Shown in pieces: positions 1-11,196 of a stretch of 64,000 nt of DNA. The notes under the pieces are model-generated. The model saw nothing but the letters and a program-made list of their open reading frames with translations. It was not told the DNA's origin and made no database searches. A program made the translations under genes and the position numbers. Origin of the DNA: Podarcis muralis (Eukaryota); contig NC_135661.1 in NCBI RefSeq assembly GCF_964188315.1, positions 91,822,001 to 91,886,000 on the forward strand, given 5' to 3'. Numbering within the stretch: position 1 is the stretch's first letter; the number at the start of each line of letters is the position of its first letter.

Positions 1-1650
1 TGAAGGACAGGGTGGGGTGTATTGGGTGAGAAACCTGAGAAAATGGGGGGGGGGGTGTCTGCTGTCAGATAGGAAGCGGGATCCCTGGTTCCTCACATGG
101 CCAGCACACAAAGGCATCGCTCCCACCAAACATCTTCCGCCTTCACCTCCTCCTCTCCATCTAAGCCAGCTTTCCGGGAGGTAATCCCCGCAGTGGCAGG
201 GCTGGGGGTGGGCTAGATGATGGGGGACCTTCCAACTTGACAGTTCTATGATTTGAAGTGGGAACCAAGGAAAGGAAGGACAGGTCACGCTGGAGAACTG
301 AGCAACACCCCCCCCCCCAAAATGGGGATCAGCTAAGGTGGGAGAGGACATTTTCCCCTGCCAAATGGGGAAGGATGGGCTGAAGAGGTGGCTGCGAATG
401 GAGATGTGGAGAGATGCACCCGAGAGCCACCAGGAAGGGGACCAATTGAGTTCACGTTGAATAATGCAGCGGCACCAATGGATTCAGCATTTTGCAGGCA
501 GAGCAAGCAGAAAGGGACATCTCTGACGGGGAGGCCTCTGGAAAGGAAGGCTTGCGAGCAAAGCGGCCGCGAGAGGCAGGAATTAAATGCAGCCAAGCGC
601 AGCGTTAAAGAGAGGCCCAATTGGAATGATTTCAGATTAAAACAAATTAGATCAGGGAGATCTGATGACAGTAAGCAGCTCAAAATGGGCTTAGGCTGCA
701 AAGCACCGGAGAGGCGACAGGATCTGGAAGGCCACAGAGAAAACAACGGATTATTGGCAGAGCTCATGTCCCAGAGACTCCTGGGTTCTTCTGCATTTGT
801 AGGAAATCAGTCTTTTAGTGTGGCAGCACCGACACTCTGGAACTCCCTGCCTCTTGACATCACTGTGTTCTTTTTGGCGCCTGCTGAAAACATTTCTGAA
901 GCCGCTCTAGATGCTTAGGAAGTTGGTGCAAGCCTTAATCTGTTTTTTGTCTGTTATTTGAACATTTCAAAAGTATTGAATTATTGTTGTTAATCTTTTT
1001 TAGTGGCAATTTTATCGGTTTATCTTTTTATAAACCGCTCCAAGGGGTTTTCAACACTCAAGGAGTGTATAAAGTACATGAAATTAAACAAGTAATGAAT
1101 TTGTCCAGGGCTCTCTCCATCGTCCGCCACAACCTGCGCCCCCGTCCACCAGAGGCGGAGCCAGGTGGGTGCGGTGGGTGCAGTCTGCCCCAGGTGCCAT
1201 CCCTGAGAGGGGGGTGACAAAATCCCAGCCAGGCCGGATTGTGCCCCCCTCCCAGCTTGGCTGCCATGGCATAGCGCAACCCCCAACTGGGCCACCGCGC
1301 TGGATCGCACCCCCAAAAGAGGGAAGGAGGCAGGCGAGCAAAAATGGAGGGGGGCAGATTGGCGCTGAGCTCCCCGTTCCGTCCCTCCCTGTGGGCGGTT
1401 GTGCCACCCCTGGTGCCAGAGAGGCTTCCTCCGCCACTGCCTCCCACCTGTCTTGGACTGAAACTCCCACCTGGCCCCCCCCCAGCAGGCACCAGGTGGG
1501 CAAAAGTTGGAGCTCCCTCCAATGGCTCAGAGCAAAGCCTTCCTCTTAAGGGGAGGGGAGGTCAGGGATGTCCACCAGAAACCTTTGGGACACAGAGCAT
1601 GTTCTCTGCCTCAGATTTGAAGCTTCCGGGATCATTCCGGGATCTCTTAC

Positions 1651-1766
1651 CTTCCGGGTCGAGCAGTTTGGCCAGTCCCAGCTGCTGTTCAGCCGTATTG
1701 AAAGCCTGCTGGAGGTTGTAGGCGGCATTGGACTTGGTCAGCTTCTTGAAATCTATGATATCTGGC
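1651..1766 (-). CDS. SPTBN4: Beta-IV spectrin coding exon 6 (CH2 domain; last exon in window)
   Basis: Translates (R)[40 protein letters not shown] acceptor at 1768-1767, GTAAG donor at 1650; phase continuous with the previous exon. Confidence 0.95.
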
Positions 1767-1876
1767 CTGGCCAAGAGAATGGGCGCAAGAGATCAGTCCA
1801 GGCACTGGGGGGGGGCCCCACAATCCCCTTGGGTCCCTCTGCTGCAGGGGGTGCAGCGCCCGGCGGCCCCTCACAC

Positions 1877-1957
1877 CTGTGCTTGTGGATGAGCGCGTTG
1901 AAGGCCAGTCCGTCCCGCCAGCTGGTGGTGAAGTTCTGGATGTTGACCTCGGGGTAC
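1877..1957 (-). CDS. SPTBN4: Beta-IV spectrin coding exon 5
   Basis: (G)[26 protein letters not shown](R), CH2 motif. AG at 1959-1958, GT at 1876-1875. Confidence 0.95.
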
Positions 1958-2319
1958 CTGTGCAGGGAGGAGAGTCAGCGGGCGCAGGCCGTTCTGCCCC
2001 TCCTGCCCCACATCTGGCAAGAAGCAAACGGAGGGACACCTGGCAGACCTGGCCAGGTCGGGAGACCGGAAACGGACTTTCGCCACCCCCCACCCCAGTT
2101 TCTAAAAGCTTTATTGTATGCTTGTAACAGAAACATACAATAGACATTATAAGCAAAATAAACAATAAACAATTATTCATTCTTTAACTAATACTTGCTT
2201 TGTACATCCATTTGTGGTTAAATTGGACAAGACCGCTGATCTTCCCCTTGCGTTCCCGAATTAAATTCCTTAAATAAGTGCTTAGACTTTACTTTCTCCA
2301 TGTTATTTAACTTACTATC

Positions 2320-2707
2320 TGTGATAGGAATTTTATGGTCTTAGATATATGATAATGTTCATAAGTGTACCAACCAAGCACGTACATAGATCAGCACAGG
2401 AAGGCCAACCTGGAACCATTTTGATTCCTAAACTGAGCAAATGTTTCCTCTGAAAGGTCAAAATGGAAAAGCCTCCCCATTGTCTCTTTCCTTGACAAAT
2501 CCTGTCTTAAGGGTATGTCTGTGTTTGAATAGGGTGTGAGCCTGTGACCTGGCCCAGGAACTAAGTATTTATCACTACAAAAGAATGGCCAGGCTACCCA
2601 GGCAATCCAATCAAGTAACCTGCCAGACAGGAGATAAACAACAACAGGAGAAAAACAATATTCAAATTTCTGTTTTAGACCGCCTTTTCTGTGATGTAGG
2701 TGTGATG
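2320..2707 (+). mobile_element. Truncated LTR (5' part), same family as 7430-8075
   Basis: Begins TGTGATAGGAATTTT and aligns by eye with the first about 390 nt of the 7430 copy with few differences. Confidence 0.75.
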
Positions 2708-2710
2708 ATT

Positions 2711-3026
2711 CCGACAAAAAAATAATAAAAAGAATGGCAAGACAAACTATTTGATTATATTGAATTGGCTAGATTGACAGAGGCAATTAGGGTCAAACCA
2801 AGCAAAAATTCCAAAAAGAATGGGTAAAATACAGAGAATATCTTAAATAGCAGTGCCCTCAAATTAATAATTGGACTTGTTTAAATTAACTTCTGCAGAA
2901 TAATTCATGGAACAGAAAGAAAAAGGGGTAATAATGAATTAAAAAGGAGACAGTTTACCAAAAATGAAAAAAGAACCATGTTGAGGATGAAGGAAGTCAA
3001 TTAGAAGAAAAGAAGAACTGAAATAT

Positions 3027-3067
<41 letters not shown>

Positions 3068-3240
3068 TATTAATTATTTGTTTTGTCTAAGTTTTCGTGC
3101 GTTATCATGTCTTATTTGTATTTTTGTGTTTTGTTGCTATTTGTTTTTCTTTAGATTTTGTACTATTATTTTCATGTTTAGTTTGACCAGTGTGTGTGTG
3201 TGTGTGTGTGTTGTAAATAAACTCAATAAAATAAAATAAA
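2711..3240 (+). mobile_element. L1/Tx1-like LINE 3' end with (GT)n and AATAAA-rich tail
   Basis: Remnant frame resembling an ORF2 C-terminus (...YIELARLTEAIRVKPSKNFQKEWVKYREYLK), AT-rich 3' UTR, tail aataaaataaaataaa. Confidence 0.55.
3029..3064. repeat. (GT)n microsatellite
   Basis: Direct inspection. Confidence 0.95.
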
Positions 3241-3276
3241 GAGAGCGGGGGCGCTGCCCTCTCCCTCGCTGCTCAC

Positions 3277-3368
3277 CCGGCCGTCTTCATCTGGCACCAG
3301 AGGAGCAAGGCGTCCTTGGCGGAGCGAGTCTCCCGGTTGTCCTCCGTTTCTATTTTGATCACCTGGAT
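3277..3368 (-). CDS. SPTBN4: Beta-IV spectrin coding exon 4
   Basis: Manually translated: [30 protein letters not shown](G). AG at 3370-3369, GTGAG donor at 3276. Too short for the ORF track. Confidence 0.95.
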
Positions 3369-3874
3369 CTGCAAATTTCAACATTTTAGCATTTTACGTT
3401 TTTGCAACATGTTGCCGTTGGAGTTTCTTGTTTTATCTCTTTGCAAACCACGTTCAGCTTCCTTCCTCCCTATTTTATTAAATTTCAAAAATTTCACATA
3501 TGCACTCCAAAACTTCACCTCCCGTTTCCTGGGGGGTTTCTAATTTCTCCCCCTTGCGGAACCCCGTCTTCTCTCTCTCGTATCACAACCACCAGACCAT
3601 CACCTCTCATCCCTTCTGTGGCTCATAGTTCGAATTTGAGGTTTCTTTCTTTCATTCATTCATTTTGGCAACCAGCGGCGTATAAATTATATGAACTAAA
3701 ATAAATAAATCTGGGGACGTGCTATTGTTATATTATCTACCAAATCTGTATACCGCCCTTCAGTCAAAAGGCACAGGGCAGTTCAGGGTTCTTGTTCTTG
3801 TTCTTATATATTTTGGACAGGAAGCCCGAGCCACACTGACCCCCAGCTCCCCACTTCACCCCCCTGGGCCCCAC

Positions 3875-4048
3875 CTGGAAGCGCAGGATGATGGTCCAGA
3901 TGAGTCCGAGCGTCAGGCGGTGGTTTCCGTCCACGATGTCGTGGGAGCCCACGTTCTCCAGGTGGACGCGCTGCTCCTTCAGGAACTGCAGGGCCTTGTC
4001 CACGTTCTCCAGGGAGTGGATCCGCATTCGGCCGCGGGTGGGCTTGGG
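3875..4048 (-). CDS. SPTBN4: Beta-IV spectrin coding exon 3 (CH1 domain)
   Basis: [58 protein letters not shown]; canonical AG/GT boundaries. Confidence 0.96.
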
Positions 4049-4129
4049 CTGACAGGGGAAAAAGCGGACGGGTGGGGGGGGGGAGACTCTCTTTTCCCCC
4101 GAAAGCCACACACACCCCACCTCAGGCCC

Positions 4130-4540
4130 TTCTCCTCCCCTCACAGAACTCAACCTCAGAATCTGCTCCGAGTGCCAGAAACTCTGGAGCTGGCGGTGTT
4201 AGAGCAAAGGAGGGTATGTCTCTGACCATGTGCCGAATGCGCTCTCTTTTACAACACAGAACGCATCCCACATCGCGTCCTTCTCCTCCCCCCACGGAGC
4301 AAAACCCCAGAGCCTGCTCTGAATGCCAGAAACTCAGAATGAAGAGGGAAACGCCTCTGACCATGTGCAGAGTACATTCTGTATTGCGAATGCATCTCAC
4401 ACCAGGCCCTTCTCCTGCCCCCACGGAGCAAAACCTCAGAAACCCAGGAGTCAGTGGCATCGGAGCAAAGAAGGAAACGCCCCTGACCATGTGCAGAGTG
4501 CGTTCATCAGTGCAGCACAGAAATCCACAGTCTGGCCCAC
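4130..4540. repeat. Degenerate tandem repeat, about 3 units of about 130 nt, in an SPTBN4 intron
   Basis: Anchor ctgaccatgtgc recurs near 4222, 4357 and 4484, each preceded by a ccttctcct.cccc.cac.ga block. Confidence 0.7.
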
Positions 4541-4626
4541 GTTTTCCTCTTTCAAAGCAAACTCCTGCTGCAGACGGAGCCCCCCAAGACGCTCCCCCCT
4601 CCCCTTGCCCCAAAGCCCCTCCTCAC

Positions 4627-4778
4627 CAGCTGCTCCCCGGACAGCACCTCCAGCAGCTTGGTCAGCATGAATCCGTCCCGCAGGTCGGTGTAGAGATCGC
4701 TGATCCGGCAGGAGGCCTGGCTCAGGTGCGAGTTGACCCACTTGGTGAAGGTCTTCTTCTGCACGGCTTCGCGCTCGT
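4627..4778 (-). CDS. SPTBN4: Beta-IV spectrin coding exon 2 (CH1 domain)
   Basis: (D)[52 protein letters not shown] at 4780-4779, GTGAG donor at 4626. Confidence 0.96.
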
Positions 4779-5150
4779 CTGGCAGGAAGAGGGGGTCAAG
4801 CTCAGTAGGCAGAGACCCCCAGGGTCCCCCCTCTGCCCCCAGGGAACCCACCCCAAAAGCACCCAGAGGGCTCTGCCCAGGGTCCACCAGCTCTGCCAGC
4901 TGCAGAGTCACAGAACTTGGAAGAGACCCGAGTCAAAAAAGCCACGTGAATGTCTTGAACTAGCAAAACCAACAGAATCCATCAGAAACCATTGGGATGT
5001 TTCTAAAATGGGATGGGGTGTTTTTAAAAATAACATGATGAAATACGTTTCCAACGATGACTCTTGGTTGAGCATAGACAAAATGGTCTTTCGTAGAACA
5101 AGAACAGAGGCAGGAATTTTTAGAAATGAGAAATTATGAGCTGCATAGAC

Positions 5151-5414
5151 CAGGGGTCAGCAAACTTTTTCAGCAGGGGGCTGGTCCACTGTCCCTCAGA
5201 CCTTGGGAGGGGGGGCGGACTATATTTTTGGGGCTGTTTGTGTGTGAAATGAATGAATTCCTATGCCCCAAACAAATAACCCAGAGATGCATTTTAAATA
5301 AAAGCAGACATTCTACTCCTGTAAAAACACGCCGATTCCCAAACCATCCACAGGCCAGATTTAGAAGGTGATTGGGCCGGATCCAGCCCCCGGGCCTTAG
5401 TTTGCCTACCCATG
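5151..5414. mobile_element. Non-autonomous hAT (Charlie-like) MITE
   Basis: Imperfect TIRs caggggtcagcaaact / agtttgcctacccatg; 8-bp TSD gcatagac / gcatagag. Confidence 0.75.
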
Positions 5415-6634
5415 GCATAGAGGTAGAAGGAAGTCATTAACAAGTCAGGGAATAAAACCAGAGATTAGGCCTAGGTTAGAAACTAAGAGTAGCGAGGAGA
5501 AATCAATAAAAAGACCTCTTACTGGAAATATATGTTTATAATAATGTCGATGAAGGTCTGTATTTCTTAAAAAACTGTATGTCTTGATTAAGATTTTTCA
5601 TGTAACTTTATTTTCTATTTTTTCTTCTATTTTTTTCTATTTTCCCCCTTCTTTTCTTTTATAACAGAAAAATGTGTTTGATTTGTATAATTTAAAATGT
5701 GTAAATAAAGAAAATAATAATAAGAAGAAGAACTTGGAAGGGACCCAAGCGGTCATCTAGCCCAACCCCCGGCAAGGGGCTGTCTCCCATGACGTGCAGG
5801 GGCCGATTCCTAACCCCAACCTCCAGCGCCACCAGCAAAGCGAGCTTAAAGCTGACTCGGCGTTAATTTCAAAATTGCTCTTTGAAATGAGCCCCACAAG
5901 CAATTTTCAAAGCAGGGGAGGGGGGGGCTTCTGGGTGCCAGAGGGGCTCAGGGTTGGCAGAGTGAGGCTGGGCAGGGGGGCAGGAGCCCCTCACTATTCA
6001 GAGGCTACGGGGAGATGGGAGGGACAGGGAGACCCCTTGGCGAGGATTCTGCTCTCCCTCCACCCCCCAGGCAAGCTGGCCTGCTGCCCCCCAAGCAAAG
6101 TCAGTACCAAAGTCAGATTCAGCTGCCAGCCCCGTTGGCACGCTAGATCGAGAACGCATCTTGCGGAATTAATTAAGCAGCCTTGATTGGATTTGGAATT
6201 AATGTGCAATTAATTGCTCCCATTTTGAATTTCACCACGCTGTTATCTTCCTTAGCGGGTTGTGCGAGGCGCTACTCTGAATAATGTGCTTTGCAGGGGA
6301 GGGAAGCGGTCGCTGGCCATGAGTTTAGGGAGCTGAGAGGGTGGGGGCCTAAGCAGTTTTTTAGTAGCCCTGACTCTGACAAAGCTGGCCTCCCTGCTCC
6401 CTGCAGTTGGGCCTCCCTCTCTTACTGAGCAATCCTGCGGGGTCGGGGGGGGGTCAGACCACACCCCTGTGCATTGCAGGGGTTGGACTAGATGTCCACT
6501 GGGGTCCCTTCCAACACTGGGCACCTGAAAGCCCAGCCTAGCTCACCCACGGTGTGCCTGCCGCCTGCAATTCAGCCTCCCCTTGTCCAACCCTTTATAT
6601 CCCTGCAGGCCAGAAAGAGCCACGCGAGACGTAC

Positions 6635-6747
6635 CAGCCAAGGCCTTGATCCGCGAGCACTCAAAGAGCTTGGCTGTGGCCGTGGCCTCATCCCAGGGCC
6701 GGTGCTGGTGGTGGTGCTCAGTGCTCTCCCACCGGGTGGTGTTGTTG

Positions 6748-6782
<35 letters not shown>

Positions 6783-6824
6783 AGCCTCCAGGTTGTCCAG
6801 CTTGGCTGGCGTGACATTTGCCAT
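6635..6824 (-). CDS. SPTBN4: Beta-IV spectrin first coding exon (ATG at 6824; likely acceptor at 6850-6849 gives 24 nt of 5' UTR)
   Basis: MANVTPAKLDNLEAQ11NNNTTRWESTEHHHQHRPWDEATATAKLFECSRIKALA. LFECSRIKALA plus head-to-head position with BLVRB identify beta-IV; GT donor at 6634. Confidence 0.92.
6750..6782 (-). repeat. (CAG)11 coding trinucleotide repeat (polyQ)
   Basis: 33 nt of uninterrupted CTG on the plus strand, inside the first SPTBN4 coding exon. Confidence 0.95.
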
Positions 6825-7135
6825 CTTGCCCCTGGCTCCTTCACGGATCTGCGCAGAAGGACCTCATGGGCGCCTGGAGCCCCGGCCAGCCCTCCTGTGG
6901 AGATGGCGCAGGAGACCAGCTGAGAGGACGCAATGCAAAGGCGGAGTCTGAGAGTCAAGGAGAGGACAGTTCTGAAACGCCAGGCAGCTGCTGCCAGTCA
7001 GTGTAAGCAACAGTGAGCCAGATGGAGCCTCCAGGGCCTAACTCTGTACAAAGCAGCAGCTCCTTCCAGCACCCCATGAGACATAAATCCTGCTTTTTAA
7101 CTAACAAGTTAAAGTATTGCTCTGTTGCTGTAGGT

Positions 7136-7270
7136 CAGGCAGAGGCAAACTCGGCCCTCCAGATGTTTCTGGCCTACAACTCCCATGAGCCCTAGCTAGC
7201 AGGACCTGTGGTCAGGGATGCTGGGAACTGTAGTCCCCAAACATCTGGAGGCCGAGTTTGCCTCTGCCTG
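7136..7270. mobile_element. Palindromic hAT MITE
   Basis: About 30-bp TIRs caggcagaggcaaactcggcc...; perfect 8-bp TSD ctgtaggt (7128-7135, 7271-7278). Related copies near 13075, 35890, 36989-37124, 46690 and 46940. Confidence 0.9.
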
Positions 7271-7429
7271 CTGTAGGTATTTCCTCCTTGGCCCCCGGGG
7301 GGGGGCGTATTTTAATGAACTGGAGAAACTGAAGTGGGTGGAAGAGTTCTGAGAGAGAGGAGTATGCGAACATAAGTTTCGCTTAACTTTTAGTTGTTAT
7401 TTTGTTAATACTCTTTTATCGATTATGTT

Positions 7430-8075
7430 TGTGATAGGAATTTTATGGTCTTAGATATATGGAAATGTTCATAAGTGTACCAACCAAGCACGTACATAGA
7501 TCAGCGCAGGAAGGCCAACCTGGAACCATTTTGATTCCTAAACTGAGCAAATGTTTTCTCTGCAAGGTCAAAGTGGGAAACCTCCCCATTGTCTTTTCCT
7601 TCACAAATCCTGTCTTAAGGTCTGTGTTTGAATAGGGTGTGAGCCTGTGACCTGGCTCAGGAACTAAGTATTTATCACTACAAAAGAATGGCCAGGCTCC
7701 CCAGGAAATCCAATCAAGTAACCTGCCAGACAGGAGATAAACAACAACAGGAGAAAAACAATATTCAAATTTCTGTTTTAGACCGCCTTTTCTGTGATGT
7801 AGGTGTGATGTATCTGAGGGGTGGTCTTAGGTTACACCCCTTCTGTGATGTATGTATGATGTTTCTGGGAGTGGTCTTGATCTACAGGGTGGCAATTTCA
7901 AAAGTCTTTATAAGGCCTTGCACACCATTTTCCTGGGTCCCTCCTCTCTCCTGCAAGTGAGGGGAGCACCCTGTTGCAACAGATCAATAAAGGCCAAGCT
8001 GTTGTTTTGCTCCAAGTAATCCTGGTTGGTGTCTTTGTTTTTGTCCAAGGGAGCCCTTGGATTTTCCCGTTAACA
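7430..8075 (+). mobile_element. Solo LTR (ERV1-like 4-bp TSD)
   Basis: TG...CA termini; TSD tgtt (7426-7429, 8076-8079); TATA-like tttataag at 7907; AATAAA at 7986. Confidence 0.85.
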
Positions 8076-8863
8076 TGTTTTATGCAGGACAATTTTTCTA
8101 GAAAAAGAGGAACCAGAACTCACCATGAACACCTCCGCAATGGCAGGAGAGGTGCCGGAACAGGGAGTTTTGGCTGAAAGAAAGCCCTGGTTTTGTGGAT
8201 GATTTGTTAATCATATAATATGACGCACGCAATAGCTGTGATGTTCTGTTCTGGTTATTTGTAAGTCGCTTTGGGATTTGTTTGAATGAAAACCAGCATA
8301 GAAATAGAAGAAATGAAATGGGGGGGGGGGGAGAGCTTTTGCCCCAGAAAGTGAATGGCCGCCCGTTCCTATTTCCCAAGGGTTCTGCAGGGCTGGTTCT
8401 TTAACATGGGGTGCTGTCTGCAAGGAAGCCCCTTCCTGCCCCCTTGCTTGGGGCTGAGAAGGCCTGCTTCCTCCCTCGCCCTCCTGGCATTGGCCCACCC
8501 CCTTCCCCAGCAAGAGGAGGTGAGGAAGGAGGCTGGACAGTCTGCATCACTGGCCAGGAGCCAAGGCTCAGATGCGTGTGCAGGGGAACCCCAGAAGAGC
8601 CTGGGGGGATATTTCATGGGGGGCACCCAGGAATCCAAAGAAAGAAAAGGAAGAAAGAAAAGCGGGAGGCGTCTAAGGAAACCGGTGAGGCTGCATAAGG
8701 AGCTTACAGATGAGCTGAGAGTTAAGACAGGCATGTATAAGAAATAGAAGAAAGCAGAAATCACAAAGGAGGAATATTCATGAGCTGCAGGGGGAAGGTC
8801 AGGCTGGCTGAAGCTCAGAACGAGCCCAGGCTTGCAAGAGAGGTAAATAATAAGAATACTGTA

Positions 8864-9115
8864 CACTCATACCTCGGGATAAATACGCTTCAGGATGAAT
8901 ATTTTCGGGTTGCGCTCTGCAGCAACCCGGAAGTAACTGAGAGCGTTACTTCCGGGTTTCACCGCGCACGCATGCGCAGACGCTCAAAATGACGTCACAC
9001 GCATGCGCGGAAGTGCCGAAACACAACCTGCACACGCGCAGACACGGGTTACGTTCACTTCTGGATGCAAACAGGGCTCTGGAATGGATCCCGTTCGCAT
9101 CCCGAGGTACCACGG
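8864..9115. mobile_element. Tc1/mariner-type MITE in CR1
   Basis: TA flanks; TIR-like cactcatacctcgggat / atcccgaggtaccacgg. Confidence 0.75.
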
Positions 9116-9336
9116 TAAAGGTTTCTTCGCTATGTCCGAAGTAAGAGGAAGAAGAGGCAAGTGGGAGCTCCTGTATGTGGGGAAGACTGAGAAATGCTCT
9201 TGGGGGACAGAGAAAGGGTAGCACTGCTCAACACCTACTTTGCCTCTGTCTTCACCCAAAAAGAAAGTGATACCCAACCTGGTGATGACAGAATAAATGT
9301 TGTAAGGAGGGAGCTGCAGCCCAAGACAGGAAAATA

Positions 9337-9848
9337 CTGTATTTTTCGCCCTATAGGACGCACTTTTTCCCCTCCAAAAATGAAGGGGAAATGTGTGTGC
9401 ATCCTATGGGGTGAATGCAGGCTTCAGGAAGTTATCTGCAAGCCGTGGGAGAGCTGCGCGAAGTCGCACAGCTCTCCCACGGCTAGTGGAGAACTTGCCT
9501 GCACCCAGAAGCTTGGGGCGCGCTGAGCTCAGCACACCCCAGGCTTCAGGCTTCGCGCAGCTCTCTGCTAGCCGTGGGAGAGCTGTGCGAAGTCGCGCAG
9601 CTCTCCCATGGCTTGTGGAGAGCATGCCTGCATCCAGAAGCTTGGGGCACGCTGAGCTCAACACGCCCCAGGCTTCGGGTTTTGCGCAGCTCTCCCACGG
9701 CTTGCGGATAGCAGCCTGTTCTGGGGGCTGGGGTCGGGGGAAGCTCGGGCTTCCCCCGCCCCAGCCCCGCACCTTGGGGGAAAATAGTTTCCCCCCCTTT
9801 ATTTCCCCCCCAAAAAACTAGGTGCGCCCTGTGGGGCGAAAAATACGG
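9337..9848. mobile_element. Tc1/mariner-type MITE in CR1 with internal repeated hairpins
   Basis: TA flanks; TIRs ctgtatttttcgccctataggacgcac / gtgcgccctgtggggcgaaaaatacgg; repeated palindrome gccgtgggagagctg...cagctctcccacggc. Confidence 0.8.
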
Positions 9849-9874
9849 TAGATAGTAAGGGAACACCTAGCTAC

Positions 9875-9930
9875 TTGTTTGTTGTTGTTTAGTCATTTAG
9901 TCATGTCCGACTCCTCGTGACCCCAATGGA
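9875..9930 (-). mobile_element. Very short BovB-type 3' tail
   Basis: Reverse complement reads ...ggggtcacgaggagtcggacatgactaaatgactaaacaacaac. Confidence 0.65.
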
Positions 9931-10683
9931 TTCAAATCTCCAGGGCCTGATGATCTGTATCCAAGCGTACTAAAGGAGCTTGTGGATGGAATTTCAGAGC
10001 CTTTGTCTGTGATCTTTGAGAATTCTTGGAGAATAAGTGCAGTCCCTACAGACGAGAGGCGGGCAAACGTTGTCCCCATCTTCAAAAAGGGGGGCAAGGA
10101 AAACCCAGGCAACTACTGACCAGTGAGCTTGGCATCGATAACAGGGAAGGTCCAATAGCAGATAATACAATGATTGGTCTGTGAGCATTTAAAAAGGATG
10201 CTGTGATGACTAAGACCCAGCAGGGGTTTCTCAAAAATAAGTCATGCCAGACCAATCTCATTCCCCCCCCCCCCCGATGAAATTACAAACTTGGTGGATC
10301 AGGGAAATGCCTTGGACATAGTGTATCTTGATTTCATTAAGGTGTTTGACAAAGTCCCCAATAATATTTTTGTGAGGAAGCTGGTAAAATGTGGGTTGAA
10401 TGAGGCAACTGTTAGGTGGATTTGTAGCTGGTTGACTGACTGAACCCAAAGAGGATTCCTTCATGGTTCCTTGTCATCCTGGGGGAAAGTGACCAGTGGG
10501 GGGCTGCAGGGTTCTGTCCTGGGCCCGTTGTTGTTCCACGTTTTTTTTAAAATAAATGACTTGGATGAAGGAATTGAGGGGATGCTCATCAAATTTGCAG
10601 ATGACGCCAAACTGGGAGGGGTAGCTAATGCTGCAGAAGACAGAATCAGAATTCAAAATGACCTTAACAGATTGGAGAACTGG

Positions 10684-11026
10684 AGTCACTTGGAAGTTAC
10701 AAATAGGTATAAGATTATAATAATAATGGGTTGTAAAACACTAAGGACTAGAAGTAATAAAAGAGAAGAAGATAGTAAATAAAAGGAGTTAATTTTATTA
10801 GAAATAAGATCTTGGAGAACTGTTACAAGGTGATATAATGAAATTCAGTTGGGGGGGATTTGAGGAAGTCAGTTAACAATGAAAGTTAAATTAGGTAATA
10901 GAAGTACTAATTGTTTTTATGTTTTTCTTTTTTGTAATGTAGTGTGTTTTCTTTAGTTGTTATGTAGTGTTATTCTTTTTGTTATAAATCTGGAAAAGCA
11001 ATAAAAAAATTTTTTTTGGGGGGGGA
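10684..11026 (+). mobile_element. L1-like 3' end inserted into CR1
   Basis: 18-bp direct repeat aacagattggagaactgg on both sides (10666-10683, 11027-11044); AT-rich, AATAAA near the 3' end. Confidence 0.7.
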
Positions 11027-11196
11027 AACAGATTGGAGAACTGGGTGCCAGCTAACCAAATGAATTTCCATAGGGACAAATGTCAGGTTCTGCAGTTAGG
11101 CAGGAAGAACCAGATGCACCAATATAGGATGGGGACACCAGGCTTACTAGCAGGACATGTGGAAAGGATCTCTGGGTCTTGGTGGACCACAAGCTG

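Noticed and set aside
388-918. 176-aa plus-strand ORF
   Set aside because: GTG start, antisense within an SPTBN4 intron, ends in an old L2-like fragment, no recognisable domain.
1-1650. Next SPTBN4 exon (DEKSIITYV-type motif)
   Set aside because: Not found on the minus strand; presumably left of the window.
4072-5139. 355-aa plus-strand ORF
   Set aside because: Antisense across an SPTBN4 exon and an intronic tandem repeat; no protein family signal.
2320-8075. The two LTR copies as ends of one provirus
   Set aside because: The interval holds spliced SPTBN4 exons and no gag/pol, and the 7430 copy has its own TSD.
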